NCBI GenBank assembly: GCA_964016885.1
Contig: OZ024758.1
Span: 7,006,001 to 7,070,000 of the forward strand
Origin: Eledone cirrhosa
Taxonomy: Eukaryota
Direction: 5' to 3'
Length of the DNA stretch: 64,000 nt
Numbering within the stretch: the first letter of the stretch is position 1; every line of letters begins with the position of its first letter. The notes under the pieces were generated by a model. The model saw only the letters and a list, made by a program, of their open reading frames with translations. It was not told where the DNA came from and did not search any database. Below are positions 39,020 through 53,443 of the stretch, one piece after another. Both the position numbers and the translations under genes were made by a program.

Positions 39020-40612
39020 ATGCTAATGTTCTGCAATGTGAGGTGTTTAGAGTTGCAAGGCAATGTACAAGACTAAACCAAGATGTCATTAGGGAGAACT
39101 ATAAACTATGTACTGAATGACAATGGTCCACTTAGCTTCATTGATACTGAAATGAAAGATGCTTGGAAGCTTTATTATAAGAGGTTGTTGAATGAAGAAA
39201 ATCATTGGAATAATGGTGGAGCAACACTCAATTCCGACTTAGGGATTGCTGAGTTCAATTTATCCAGCACAGCAGGATATGATAGTTACTTATATTATAA
39301 CCCAGGTCATACAGGAACATGTCATACTCAATGACTGGCGTAGTAGCATCATTGTCAACTGCTACATGGGTAGACAAACTAGAGAAGCAGCAATCACAAG
39401 AGGCATCATATTGCTTGATCAAGTTACAAGACAGAATTAATCTTGACAACATGCAGTTTGGTTTTATGCCAGGGAAAAAAACATTAGCTATTCCATCTTC
39501 CTTGTGAGACAACTGCATAATTACTTAGCTAAGAATAAGCCACTATATCTAACATTCATTATTCCGGTAAAGGTTTTTGACAGAATTCCACACTCTATAA
39601 TCTAGTTGATGCTTAGAAAGTTAGGGGTAGATGAATGCCTTGTGAGGGCTGTACAAGTCATGTACAGTTGTGTGGTCAGCTTGAGGATTAACGAGTACAG
39701 CGATGAATTTATTGTATGGGCAGGAGTCTATCATGGCTCTGTCCTCAGCCCCTTCCTGGTTATTATAGTCCACCAGGCCATAATAGAGGAATTCAAGACT
39801 GGCTGTCCTTGGGAACTCTTGCATGTTGATGATCTAGCAGTTATAGTAACCACAAAAGAAGATCCAGTCATAGAAACAAAATATGGACTTGAAAGGTCTC
39901 AAAGTAAACTGGTAAAGGTCTAAAGTCTGTCTTGAGCCTGGAGGTTCATCAGGCCAGAACTTATCCTGGTTTCTGTGGCATGAAGTGACTGAAAGTACAA
40001 GACTTCCCCTGGACAGGACATCACAGCTACTACTGTTGGTGCTCATTTTCAGCTGAGTATACTGGAGCAACGTGAAATGAAGTGTTTTGCTCAAGAACAC
40101 AACACATAACCCAGTCGAGGAATCAAACCCATGCCATTATGATCGTAAGTCTCCACAGAGATAATTTGGTAATAAAAGAGGAATTGAAGACTGACTGTCC
40201 TTGGGAACTCTTGTATGTTGAGGATCTAGCCTACTATAAGTGCTACTAATAGTAGAGGAACTAGCACTTATAGTAGGCTAGATCCTCTATTAGAGAAGGA
40301 GATCCAGACATAGAAACAAAATCTGGAATTGAAGGGTCTCAAAGAAAACTAAAGAGGATAGGACTGAGATACTCACATGTAGATGTGTTGAATATGCCGA
40401 AAAGGAGTAGGTAGAAACGCCATATTTTGTACCCAGTGTGGACAATGGACACACCAAAGATGTAGTAGGATTACAGATACACACAGGAGTTCTCAGCAGT
40501 GATGGTACTCATGAAATAAACTCTTTCAAATGTTCAGGTGGCTCACTAAAAGTTGTAGAAAGCTTTTACTATCTAGATGACCTCGTTAGCAGTGGAGGTG
40601 GATGCTAGGAGT
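39020..40612 (+). mobile_element. Decayed RTE-clade LINE fragments interrupted by a SINE
   Basis: MQFGFMPGK and GSVLSPFLVI...GCPWELLHVDDL RT motifs with frameshifts; further minus-strand fragments near 40620-41010, 41580-41800 and 44120-44495. Confidence 0.8.
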
Positions 40613-41068
40613 TCCCAGTGGAAAGAAGCACAGTCTTCTCTCTTTTACACATTTACTTGATCCATCTTATACTCAGTTTCTCCCTCAGTTCATCCATGTA
40701 TCACCATCCATACACACTAACATTACACATCCATCAGATCATACTCATTCATTTCTCTCCAGGCTATACATATCTTTTGCATTTACTGCCTATGTTTCAC
40801 TCCCATGCAACATCACAGTTCACACACATGCACCACAAAGGCTTTTTGTTTATAGAGAGAAACCTTTCATTGTCAACAGGGAGAGAGTTACTCTCAGAAC
40901 TTTTCCCATCTTGTTCTTATTTTAGCTTCTATAATTTGGCAGCACCCTCCTCCACTGCTAATTAGGTCACCTAGGTAAAAGAAACTATTAACTATTTCTA
41001 TGGAGCCTTCCTGGGATATGAAAAAAGTTTATTTCACTGGGACTTTTATTACTACTACCACCGCCGCC

Positions 41069-41114
<46 letters not shown>

Positions 41115-44100
41115 TACAGGGTATATAAACAGATGTCACTGTTGCCTTTCTAAAAAGGGGTTTGCTGTGACTGCCATATACACACATGGCCCCTCCTTCC
41201 CTGCCCTTCAATTCCCATCACTGTCTTCCCAACATAGCTGTGATGTAATGGGGTAGTGCTGGTAGAGTACCAAGCCCACTTCATAAAAGTGAGAGTGTTG
41301 GTATCATGGTATCAAGATAAAATGCTCCCATGTGATATCAGGCTCAGTCCCATTGCAGAGCAGCATATACCATGTGATATCAAGCTCAGTCTCATTGCAG
41401 AGCAGCATATACCATGTGATATCAGGCTCAGCCCCACTGCAGAACAGCATATACCATGTGAAATAAAGTACAGGTGTCCACCAGGAAGTAATCTGTTGTA
41501 AAACAGGAGTTAATTGAGGACTGAGCCTTGGTGGACTTCCATCTGCTCATCACTGAACTAGTTGCCAACTCACATCCATACATGACCCATGCTGCCCTCA
41601 CAATCCACTCCTCTATCTCTAGCTTCCTAACTGACCACTAAATTACAGAGCGTTGGATTCTATCAAAGGTATTTTCCAAGTTGGCAAATGTTTAGCTGAG
41701 TTAAGTACTTCTTAGTAGTTAGCTAAATATTCTCCTGTCTCACTAAGAAGATGTCATCAGTAGTGCTTCTCCCTGGCACAAAACCAAACTGCATCTCATC
41801 AAGATGGTGCACATGCCTCCTCTCAAACATCTCAGCACTTGTTTCCAATTCATTGTGCTGACGTTGCTTGTTACAGTTCAGACGTATTAAACCTGGAATG
41901 GAGACAACTGGCTAAGTGGTTTCTACATCCTCTTCACTTGAAGAAAGTCTTTAAGATTGTTTAGCAGCAAATACTCTTAGCTCTCCAATACCCCCCCCCC
42001 CCCCCCCCCCCCATCATTTTTCAGAGGCCCCCCTCTATCTCCCACTCTCCGCTTATTAAATTTTACTAATCTATCTCTGGCGAAATTTTATTTTAAGTGG
42101 TAGCATTCCTGCAACAATTAATTTTCTTTATACATTAAAAAGACATTATATATGAAAAAAAAAAAAAAATATATATATATACATTACTAGAAATCCCATG
42201 CATTATAAAATATATAGGATGAGTTGGGTGTCTCGATATTATTTGGGACCCGAGAGTAGTGATAATGGGTTTTTACTCATGGTCATATGTTTCCTTTTAA
42301 AGACTATTGCTACCGCCAGGCACTAAATAATCAATCTTGCTCAGGACATCGGTGGGAGGGAAAAGGAAGGGTGAATGAAAAAAAAATGTTTGTCTGTATG
42401 TATGTATATGTGTATGTATGTATGTGTGTGTATGTATGTATGTGTGTATGTATGTGTGTATGTATTGGAGAACTACTTCCTTTTCAAGACAGTAGGTGTG
42501 GAGGTTGGTGTGGAGCAAGAGGGAAGAGAAAGCTATTGTGTAGCAAATGCTTTGTTGTTTGTTAGAGAAGTAAAATAATGATTTCTTTATTAAAACACTG
42601 GGTCTGATTTAGAGAAATAGAAAAAAATAAGAAATTTCTATCTATGGACAACATTCTATTAGAAAATAGCAAACTTGCTATGGGAATAAAGACTACACAA
42701 AGACTTATTGTGGTGGTGCATGGCCTAGTGGTAAGGGTGTTGGATTTAAGACCATAATGTTGGTTTTAATTCCTGGACTGGGTTCTGTGTTGTGTTCTTG
42801 AGCAAAACACTTCATTTCACATTACTCCAGTATACTCAACTGAAAATGAGTACCAGCAATAGCTGGGAGTTTAACCCTGTGATGGACTGGCGTCCTGTCC
42901 AGGTGAAGTCTGGAGTCTTGTTCTCTCAATTGCTTAATGTCTTAGAAACCGATCATAATGTTGTGAGTTTGATTCCTGGACAAGGTTGTGTGTTGTGTTC
43001 TTGAGCAAAACACTTCATTTCACGTTGCTCCAGTATACTCAACTGAGAATGAGTACCAGCAATAACTGGGGGTTTAACCCTGTGATGGACTGGTGTCCTG
43101 TCCAGGGGAAGCCTGATGAGCCTCTGAGTTTGAGACAGACTTTAGACGACAACTTAGAGAAATAAAATACTGATAAAATTCTATTAAGAGATACATTTCT
43201 AATACAGAACCAAGAAAATGGCCAGAAATGATGTTAGCTATGAACCAGAGATTACTTTTGGTGAGAAACATTTTTACATATAAAAGCCCAAAAAGCAAAA
43301 AAAATTATTTATCTGTAAAAACTAGAAGACAGCCAGCTTTCATTACAAAAGAAAAATGAGTGAATAATTGTGTGTGGTGGTGTTTGTGTGTGTGTGTGTG
43401 TGTGTGTGTTTTTGTGGTGTGTGGTGTTGTTTGTTTGTGGTGTTTGTGTGTGGTGTGTGTGGAGTATGTTTGTGGTGTGTTGTGTTGTGTGTGTGATGTT
43501 TGTGGTGTGGTGTGTGGTGTTTGTATGTTTGTGTGGTGTGTAGTGTATGTGTATGTTTGTGGTATGTAGTGTATGTGTATGTTTGTGGTATGGTGTTTGT
43601 GTTTGTGTGTATGTTTGGTGTGATGTGTGTATCTTTGTGGTGTGTAGTGTGTGTGTGTATGTTTGTGGTGAGTGTGTGGTGTGTGTGTGTGTGTGTGTGT
43701 GTATGTTTGGTGTGATGTGTGTGGTGTAGTGTAGTGTGTGCCAGTTACAGTGAATGTCATATTGACAAAGTTATAAGCCTGCGATGACAGTTGTTTAGTT
43801 CAGCCATTAACGATTTAACACAGCATTATGGTGCAGTAATTGTTAGTATATACTATGTGAAATATAGTAGGTGTCTATCAGAAAGTACTTTAAACCTGTC
43901 AGAAACGAGATCTCATTTAACATATACTGTAAATTTTTTATGAATTCCATTTCTCTACAGTGAACCAGAAATGGTTCCTAAGTGAACATTGATTATTATG
44001 ATCCAAATGGGTTGGACGAGACTTTTTGTGGTAATGTTTTACAGACAGAAGGCTTTCCTGATCCATATTTTTAGTGGTTTCTTACAACACACAGAAATAT

Positions 44101-44531
44101 GCACACAGGCAATATTTTTTTTCGTAAGGAGACACTTTTTATTGTCAACAGAGGTAGTAGCTCTTTAAACTTTTCATTATTCTAGGTACTATGCTCTTGG
44201 AGCACTCTCCTACACTGATAATCATATCACCTATGTAGCAGAAGCTATCAACCACTTCTATGGATCCTAACTGAGATTGGGAAAGGTTTCTATCAGTGGC
44301 ACTCTTTCTGTGAATTGTCTCTGAACATCTATTACATACAAAATCTTCCTTTCCTGTTAGTCTGCTTCTTATCCCACTACATTTCTTATATTGTACTCTG
44401 TATAGAATTGATGCCTACTCCTTCTCTACATATTGAACAAAGCTACTTCCCTGATGGGATCAGGTCCCTGACTTCTTTCCTTTTTATTAACACTAAATGT
44501 AGACTGTAGAAACACTATATATTGAGTGTGT

Positions 44532-44602
<71 letters not shown>

Positions 44603-46981
44603 TGTAAAAGGTAAACAAATAACAACACAATCGGTACAGTATATGGAAGGAATATATATTGAACTGAGAATGTAAAGGGCCGTCACTCTATGCTGCAAAG
44701 CATGTTGTCTGGTGCTCTACTGATTATTGCCAATCCACTACACTTGTGCATTAATATGTGTTAAATATGAACAGAGGTTTAAGTGAGTGAAAACATTTCA
44801 ATTGATGTGAAACTATTGTAATATATTTTACTTTTTCATAAAAGAATCTTAAAAATTAACAGAAATCAGAATGCTGTGGGCTAAATCATCCTTGGAAATA
44901 GAATGATTCTTATATAATGTGAAATCTGGAATACCCAGAGGTAACTCACACATTCCAAATATTGGAATTGGTTAAGAATAACACTTGAAACAATAAATGA
45001 TGTGAAGAATTGTGATGAATTCCAGCTTTTTGACATCAGATATGTAACCATCATAACTTTAGTTATTTTGAACCTTGTCATTACAGCCCCTCAGTAGGGG
45101 TCTAAATGATTAAGCAGACAACATAAAATTGGCCTAGAGCAAAGTAGGGTCATCTATTTTTGTTGTCCTCAGGGCTTGTATTTGGCAGCAGATTGTGTGG
45201 ATCATCTTTTTTCATGTTATTGATGGAAAGCATCATTAATTAAAAGACAGTTTTCTCTTACAGAGAAACAAAGAAATATAATTTTAAATAGAAATATAAT
45301 TCCAAGGCAAAAGACTCAAAATAAGCACTGAAAGATTGATATAAATACAAATGGAGTTCTAAATTAAAGAGAAATAAAACACGCAGATTGACAGTTAAGG
45401 AGGAACTGAAAGATAGTGATAGAGAAGTAAAGGCTAAAGCAAATGTTACATTCACATAGTAAAGAAAAGTTCAACTTCAGTGAGATTTAAACTTGTAATA
45501 TAAACAATAATAAAGAAATATTCCCCTCCTGGCACTCAATATATAGTGACTGTGTTATCAAGAGTTAATACACATATGATTTGAACCTACGACTGAATAT
45601 TAGGTATTCACTTTACACCACTGAAGTAATTGCTCTGTGGATTGGCAGTATCAGTAGAGAGTCGGACACCATGCTTTGAAGCATAGAGTTACGTCCCTTT
45701 ATGATCTGAGTTCAAATCCCGCCGAGGTTAACTTACCTTTCATCCTTACGGGGTCGATAAAATAAAGTACCAGTAATGTACTGGGTAATTGCTAGCCTTG
45801 TGCCAGAAATAGAAACAATTATATATTAATACAACTAGCAGAAACACCACCCTTCAAGTGGTTTTCTGCTAGCATGTGTAGTGTGCATATTGATATTATA
45901 CACAAATATATATACATGTAGATATGATACGTCAAATGAAATTTTAATTGACAATATACACAGAAATTGAACGAAGTCTGTGTTACACTGTCTTATGTAA
46001 TCAGTGAAGTAATCCATGATACATTAAAAAAAGACGATATTATATATAAACTGCATATATAATAAACTAAAAGGTTATGAAAACGAAAAGGGAGAAAATT
46101 AGCGACCTAATTATAAACCTTATATAACAATGTAAATATATGAATGTTTATATAAGTGATGTAATAATGTTATAATATAACGGACGTTAACCCGGAAGTG
46201 TTGATATTTGAAAATATTATAGAAGTGAATCTTAAATAAGCAATACTTTATATATAAGAATATTTATGTTTAATCAATATCTACAAAATTTAGTTGATAA
46301 ATTACATAATATTCATTCATTATTTATTCAAAGTAATCCAACTTATTTTACTAACGGGATAAAACAATATAAAATGGACGCTGTCCCGTACTCCTCCCTT
46401 TATTATATTATATATGAAGGGCACAGGTATATATATGCAAAGAGGTTGTATCTTGCAGGAGGTTTGTTTTGGATGCTTTAATGATAAGTGACCCAGTCTT
46501 ATCATGAAATGAAGCATCTTGGTTACGAATACAACATCCTTCCTGTTTAGGAATTGAACCTATGACCTTATAATTGTGAATCTAACATGCTAACCACTAG
46601 ATTCTGCATTTATATAAATGAAGAAAAAAGATACAATGAGTGATTTAACTCAGACCATATCCAATATACTGTTTACAGGGGTCAGCTGAAAAGTTCATAG
46701 GCTCACCAAGATACTCTGATGGAATGACCAAATGAGGTCATTCCATCAGAGTATCTGCCAGATACAGTCCTATACGAGCGAGGCATGGTCACCTGATCAA
46801 TCTTGCCTCAAGCGGGACAATTCCCGTCTAACCCATGCTAGCGTGGAAGATAGACGTTAAATGATGATGATGATGATGATATTATCTATATGATTTTAAA
46901 ACCACCTTCCTAAGCATGTTTGTTGCCATTTGTCTCTGAGCCTTAATTACAATTGTTAATCAGTGAAAACACACGTGGAAA

Positions 46982-47711
46982 CCTCCTCTCCACCACCTCC
47001 TCCTCTCCTCCACCTCCTCCTCTCCACCACCTCCTCCTCCTCTCCACCACCTCCTCCTCCTCTCCACCACCTCCTCACCTCCACCACCTCCTCCTCTCCA
47101 CCACCTCCTCCTCCTCTCCACCACCTCCTCTCCACCACCACCTCCTCTCCACCACCACCTCCTCTCCACCACCTCCTCCTCTCCACCACCTCCTCACCTC
47201 TACCACCTCCTCCTCTCCACCACCACCTCCTCTCCACCACCTCCTCCTCACCTCCACCTCCTCCTTACCTCCACCACCTCCTCTCCACCACCTCCTCTCC
47301 ACCACCTCCTCATCTCCACCACCTCCTCACCTCCACCTCCTCTCCACCTCCTCTCCACCACCTCCACCACCTCTCCACCTCCTCTCCACCACCTCCTCCT
47401 CTCCACCACCTCCTCCTCACCTCCACCTCCTCCTCTCCACCACCTCCTCCTCACCTCCACCTCCTCTCCATCACCTCCTCCTCACCTCCACCTCCTCTCC
47501 ACCACCTCCTCCTCACCTCCACCTCCTCCTCACCTCCACCACCTCCTCCTCACCTCCACCACCTCCTCCTCACCTCCACCACCTCCTCCTCACCTCCACC
47601 ACCTCCTCCTCACCTCCACCACCTCCACCACCTCCTCACCACCACCTCCTCCTCACCACCACCTCCTCTCCACCACCTCTCCACCACCACCACCTCCTCA
47701 CCCCCCCCCCC
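46982..47711. repeat. (CCT/CCA)n low-complexity tract
   Basis: About 730 bp with no G on the + strand. Confidence 0.9.
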
Positions 47712-47917
47712 AGTTTCCTTTCTGTGGACAGCAAGATCAGTCTGCCTAGTTCTTAGCACTGTTATTGTTGTTGTGTATGTAGAGATCTTTATGGAGATCT
47801 TCTAAGGATGAAAGATGTTTCTATGACTGTGAAGACCAACAAAGCAGTATTAAGCATTGTCAGCTGTCTTTCAACATATCAGGGGATGACTTCTAGACAA
47901 AAGGCTTGGTAGACACA

Positions 47918-48910
47918 GATCTCTGCTGAGGCTGTTGTACTCTCTACTGAGTGTGCTGCTGTACTCTATCTCAGATCTCTACTGAGGGTGTTGCTGTACT
48001 CTACTGAGTGTTGTTGTACTCTCTACTGAGAGTGCTGCTGTACTCTATCTCAGATCTCTACTGAGGGTGTTGCTGTACTCTACTGAGTGTTGTTGTACTC
48101 TCTACTGAGAGTGCTGCTGTACTCTATCTCAGATCTCTACTGAGGGTGTTGCTGTACTCTACTGAGTGTTGTTGTACTCTCTACTGAGAGTGCTGCTGTA
48201 CTCTATCTCAGATCTCTACTGAGGGTGTTGCTGTACTCTACTGAGTGTTGTTGTACTCTCTACTGAGAGTGCTGCTGTACTCTATCTCAGATCTCTACTG
48301 AGGGTGTTGCTGTACTCTACTGAGTGTTGTTGTACTCTCTACTGAGAGTGCTGCTGTACTCTATGTCAGATCTCTACTGAGGGTGTTGCTGTACTCTACT
48401 GAGTGTTGTTGTACTCTCGAATGAGAGCATTGCTATACTCTACTGAAGGTGTTACTGTACTCTACTGAGTGTTGTTGTACTCTCTACTGAGAGCATTGCT
48501 ATACTCTCTACTGAGGGTATTGCTGTACTCTACTGAGTGTTGTTGTACTCTCTACTGAGAGCATTGCTATACTCTCTACTGAGGGTGTTGCTGTACTCTA
48601 CTGAGTGTTGTTGTACTCTCTACTGAGAGCATTGCTATACTCTCTACTGAGGGTGTTGCTGTACTCTACTGAGTGTTGTTGTACTCTCTACTGAGAGCAT
48701 TGCTATACTCTCTACTGAGGGTGTTGCTGTACTCTACTGAGTGTTGTTGTACTCTCTACTGAGAGCATTGCTATACTCTCTACTGAGGGTGTTACTGTAC
48801 TGTACCTTGGTAAACACAGATCTGTACTGAGTTTGCTGTACTCTCTACTGAAGGTGTTGTACTCTCTACTGAAGGTGCTGCTGTACTCTCTACTGAAGGT
48901 GCTGCTGTAC
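47918..48910. repeat. Higher-order minisatellite (79-bp then 68-bp period, built from subunits of about 22 bp)
   Basis: ctgaggg recurs at 47982, 48061, 48140 (period 79) and at 48511, 48579, 48647 (period 68). Confidence 0.9.
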
Positions 48911-51026
48911 TGTGTCACAGTTCTGTGTTGAGAGTATACGTCTAGTATCTGCCACTTTCCCTCCATCACCCCTTCCATACCCCACCCAAGTCCTAACACA
49001 CCACCCCCTCACCCATACCCCTAAATCTATCTAACCAATCCCCATGCACCTCCCCCACCCAAGTCCCCAGTCCACACTGTCAAGTGGTTGTTTAGGTCTC
49101 ACGCAGACAAAAAGTGCCCAGCCCACAAGGGTCAGCTGAAAAGTTCATAGGCTGACCAAGATACTCTCATGGAATGACCAAATTAGGTTTATTTTTCAAC
49201 ATAGTCCCTGGAAAGAAACAATGCAGTTATTAATGATAATAAGAGTTGAAATTAATGCAGGATTTCACAGCTCTAGCATCACTCCTTTATAATCAGCCTA
49301 TGAACATTTTAGCCAACCCTTGTATACACCATCTAAACAATGTGTTGATTAGCTGCCTTGGTTTATAAATAGTATTTGGAGTTTTGCCTATTTTTCTAAC
49401 ATAAAATAGCGAGTTCGTCTTATATTCAAGTATATACAGTACATAATTTACTTCATGCCAGGGATCAACTTTTTGTAATTCCACACTTGTGATTTTTTTT
49501 GTGGGTTTTACCCATGGCCCACATATCAATTATATTTGAATCAGCTTATATTTGAGTATATACGGTATATGTTTACAATGGTGAAAAGTGAGAATAACGA
49601 GGCTTAAAAACCTCTTGTTTCAACTGTTAAGGCATAATCCTTTTTTTCATATATTGTTGATAAGTGAATATAAGGTTTTTATGGTGGAATGACATGGCAT
49701 GTGGATCTTTTGGTTGCAACGATGTGTGTGCCAGTTGTATGGACAATGGAACAGCCTGCTCATGAAATTGACCCTTCAGTATTTACATTACTCTATTTTT
49801 ACTATTGTACTCTTATGGTAAAGGGTTTATCTTACATAATCTTGATTCTACCAAGATTTTGATGACATTAGTTTTTATTTTAAGAATGATATCTTAATGT
49901 ATGAGTGGCTGGTTATGACTGGTTTGAACAGAAAAAGGGAAGAGAATTTTGGCCAATTTAAATGCTAAAGGGTTAACGTGCAAGTGGCTGAGAATTTCAT
50001 AGACATATGTACCCTTAATGTAAATCTCAGGGGGATTTGGCATGACACCATGCGTGATAAGGCAATACTTTGAATTATAGGTACAACTCATTTTTGCCAG
50101 CTGAATGGACTTGAGGAATGTGAAATAAAGAGTCTTATTCAAGGACACAACACATTGCCAGGAATTGAAACAGTGACCTTATGATTGTGGGCTGAACACT
50201 CATGTGAACCAAAATGAAGGTAGTACCGTGAAGTTGTATGCAAGTAGGATGTCTATGTCACTCTTTGGCATGGACCGGTAATTCCTGAGGGAGTCATAGG
50301 GACATCATCTCGACACTTGGCATTTCTAGGGCATTTTTTAAAACCTGACAGAGCACATTTTAATGGTTTCCAATTTAAATTAAAATCTTCCAACATAATT
50401 TTATATAAGAACCATATGTTAAGTTACTATCTTAGTAATGACATAAATAATAATTTAAGTAAATCCCTCAAAATTCATAATTAATTAATTGAAATAGAGC
50501 GTATTTCATTAGAAATGCAGCCATGAATGGGTTAAATCCCAAATTATGAAGCATCTTCACCATTTCAGAAATTTCCTAAAAGTAGACATCTTGTTATAGA
50601 AAAATATTATTTTAAATTATATTTAACTGGTAAGAACGAAAAATTTATTTTGAGCTAATAGGTTATTTTTAGCAAACTCTGGCTGATGAAATACAAAGTA
50701 CAAAGCCTGAATAGTGAAGGAAGTGCACTGTGATAAAATGAACCGTTTGTATTTTGGTGTTTGCTACACACCCATAGTAAAATACTTTCTTACCAACTGA
50801 CAGTTATGAGCCGTCAGTTACTTTACTTACAAAAATTCTGTATAATAGAGTTATAATATTGATGGCTTAGAAAAAAGTTAGTGAAAAGATTTATTTTTGA
50901 GCTAAATTTAAACTTGAAGTTGGTAATAATTTCTTTGGTTACAAGTAAAATTGTTGTGCCAGAAAAGGGAGTTAAGTTGTTGCTAACAAAAAAAGATGCA
51001 ATAAATTCTTTATTGAAGCTAAAGAA

Positions 51027-51371
51027 CAGGGTTTCTTAACCATTAGTGGGTGATCTCAACTGTTTGGTGGGCCAACTGCACAGAAAATGGTGGGTGATTG
51101 GAAATTTTGGTGGAATGTACAGGACTTTTGAATATTAGAAGCTATTTCAACATATGCAACCCGGAAAAAAAACTTCAAAGTAGATATGCAAGGAACTTGT
51201 ATAAAAAAAACAAAAAAAAAACAGGAGGCTAAATGGGAATAATGAACCAGTAACTAATTTTTACCAAACATTTTTGGTAAACCTTTGAATATTTACTATA
51301 CAGGTGGGTGGTGGAAATCCTTTCTATGTGAAAGTGGGTGATGATGCAAAAAAAAAGGTTGGGAACCCCTG
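51027..51371. mobile_element. hAT/Charlie-like MITE
   Basis: cagggtttcttaacc ... ggttgggaacccctg termini. Confidence 0.55.
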
Positions 51372-51936
51372 CTATAGGCTAACATGCCCCCAAATTATCT
51401 GATATTACTAAAGTGTTTAACCCTTTAGTTACTACCCTGGCCCAAACCAGCTCTGGTTCTACAAAATAAAATCACCCACTTTAAACATTTCCAATTTAAA
51501 TCAAAATCTTCCAACAATTTTAGTTAGTTACTATGATGATATGTCTTTCACACACAGTCTCTCTCTCTCTCTCACTGTATTTTTCTCTCAACATTTTTTA
51601 TGCAAAAAATAGTTTCAGTTTACTTTCATTTCGAGTGACAAATGGCTTTCAGGAATGAATTAAATTCATGAACCAAGGTTCCAATGTATTTATAAAAAAG
51701 AAACAAATATTGACATTGAATTTGTAGCTTTTTAACTTGTCAAATCTTGGAGACTTCCAGTGTTCTCAGTAAGTTAGTTAGAGGTGGAGGATAAATTAGT
51801 TTGAGGTGGAGGATTCCCGTTCAGATCTCACACATATTACATATACTTCATATGATGAAAATTGATAGGATTTTTGTGATTTAATACCACACCTGAATTA
51901 TAAAGCCATTATCTTCTTTATTTCCTTTCTTTTCAG

Positions 51937-52100
51937 CTGGAAGCAAAAATAAATCTATTACATTGGTGTTTCATGAACTTATTACTGAGTGTTCATATGA
52001 TATTCTCTTCATATATGATGGTAATTCCTACAACAGTACTTTACTTGGAAGTTTCAGTGGTAATATCATCCCAGAACCTGTTACTGCTTTTTCAGGATAT
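51937..52100 (+). CDS. MEGF8: MEGF8 coding exon 2 (CUB domain)
   Basis: tttcag| acceptor, phase 1; TECSYDILFIYDGNSYNSTLLGSFSG CUB motif; donor gtaagt, phase 0. Confidence 0.95.
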
Positions 52101-53443
52101 GTAAGTACTCAAATTTGTAAACTTTTTCCTTTTTTCTATATACATTAATATTCCAGAAACTTCTTTATAGTATATAATGTAGAAAATGACATGTTTAAGA
52201 AGGTTAAGACTATGTGAAATGGATGGTAAAATGAAGGCAACAAAAATGTTTGTGACCTGGTATATATTATCTTTTTTTTTTTTGTTCTAATATTTTGGGA
52301 CTTAAAAATCCCTTCTTCAGGGTATGGGGAACTCTCAGAGCAAAACGTTCTGGTCTTATCACTTTGAAATTTGATTAAATTTTAGATCAAATTTCAAAGT
52401 GATTGCAGATTTAAAGGTATATTGACCCTGATACAAGAGACAATCTGGAGAAGGAAGATATGGAAGCTAAAAGATACTTTGACAAGTCGTTAGATTCAGA
52501 CAAATATTATATGATATATATAACAGAAAGGATGAAATGATAGAAACTTATAGTATAGAAGACAACTGGCAGATTTTATAAGGCATTTTTAATCCATTAA
52601 ATTTCATGTGTTTGCCATATCAATCTTAATTGTTCATTTAGCCAGTCCTGCTCTGCTGTCAGGCCCAGCTTCTGATGGTTACTGGTACCATGTAAGCCAG
52701 TACAATCTGTTACATAATTGAGTGGTTGGTGACTAAACTGGCTCCCCTACCAGACCAGGGTTGGGTGGCGGTGGTGGTGGTGGGTAAGTGGAACCCCAGT
52801 AGCATAAATAACAAGAGTTGTTAAAAGGGTGGAGGAACTCCTCAGAGTCAACAACCATCTACCCCAACAATGAATTAAATAGCCTCACCAACCTGCAATT
52901 GGCCAAGCGTGGTGAGTATGGCTAGAACCCCGACAAGACCAAAGCCAAACAGAAAATGGTGGAGGTCAACCAGGGAGGGGTTCCTCCTACAGGAATGAGA
53001 AGGCCCTGGATTGGACCTGGTCTGGTGGATTTTGCTGAATTCTATAAGTAAACATTCTTCTTGGACCTTGCCATAATAAAATACTCTTCATACTGACCAG
53101 TTGCACAGATCTTTACTGTAGAACTATCTGTATTGTTTTCTTTAACCCTTTTGTTACCAACCTGGTCAAAACCAGCTCTGGTTCTACAAAACCACTCATT
53201 TTAAAGGTTTCCAATTTAAATTAAAATCTTCCAACATAATTTTATATAAGAACCTTAGATTAAGTTATGATCATGACATTGAAATGATTAATAATTTTAG
53301 TAAATCCCTCAAAGTTCTTCATTAAATTAATTGTAATGGAGAATATTTTGTTAGGAATGCAGTCATAAAACTTTGTTTAATGTTTTATTTATGTATGTGA
53401 GTTAATGTTGAAGAAGATGTTTTAATGAAATATTCTATTGCAG

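Noticed and set aside
46953-47805. Pro/Ser/His-rich ORFs
   Set aside because: A G-free C-rich tract has almost no stop codons, so the ORFs are a compositional artefact inside intron 1.
52288-52323. Hammerhead-like CTGAAGA-hairpin-AAAA on the minus strand
   Set aside because: The catalytic GAAA is missing and there is no stem I; too degenerate to call.
52640-53040. Possible LINE 5' region with an HDV-like ribozyme
   Set aside because: I could not assemble the nested double pseudoknot by eye; it needs a structure search.
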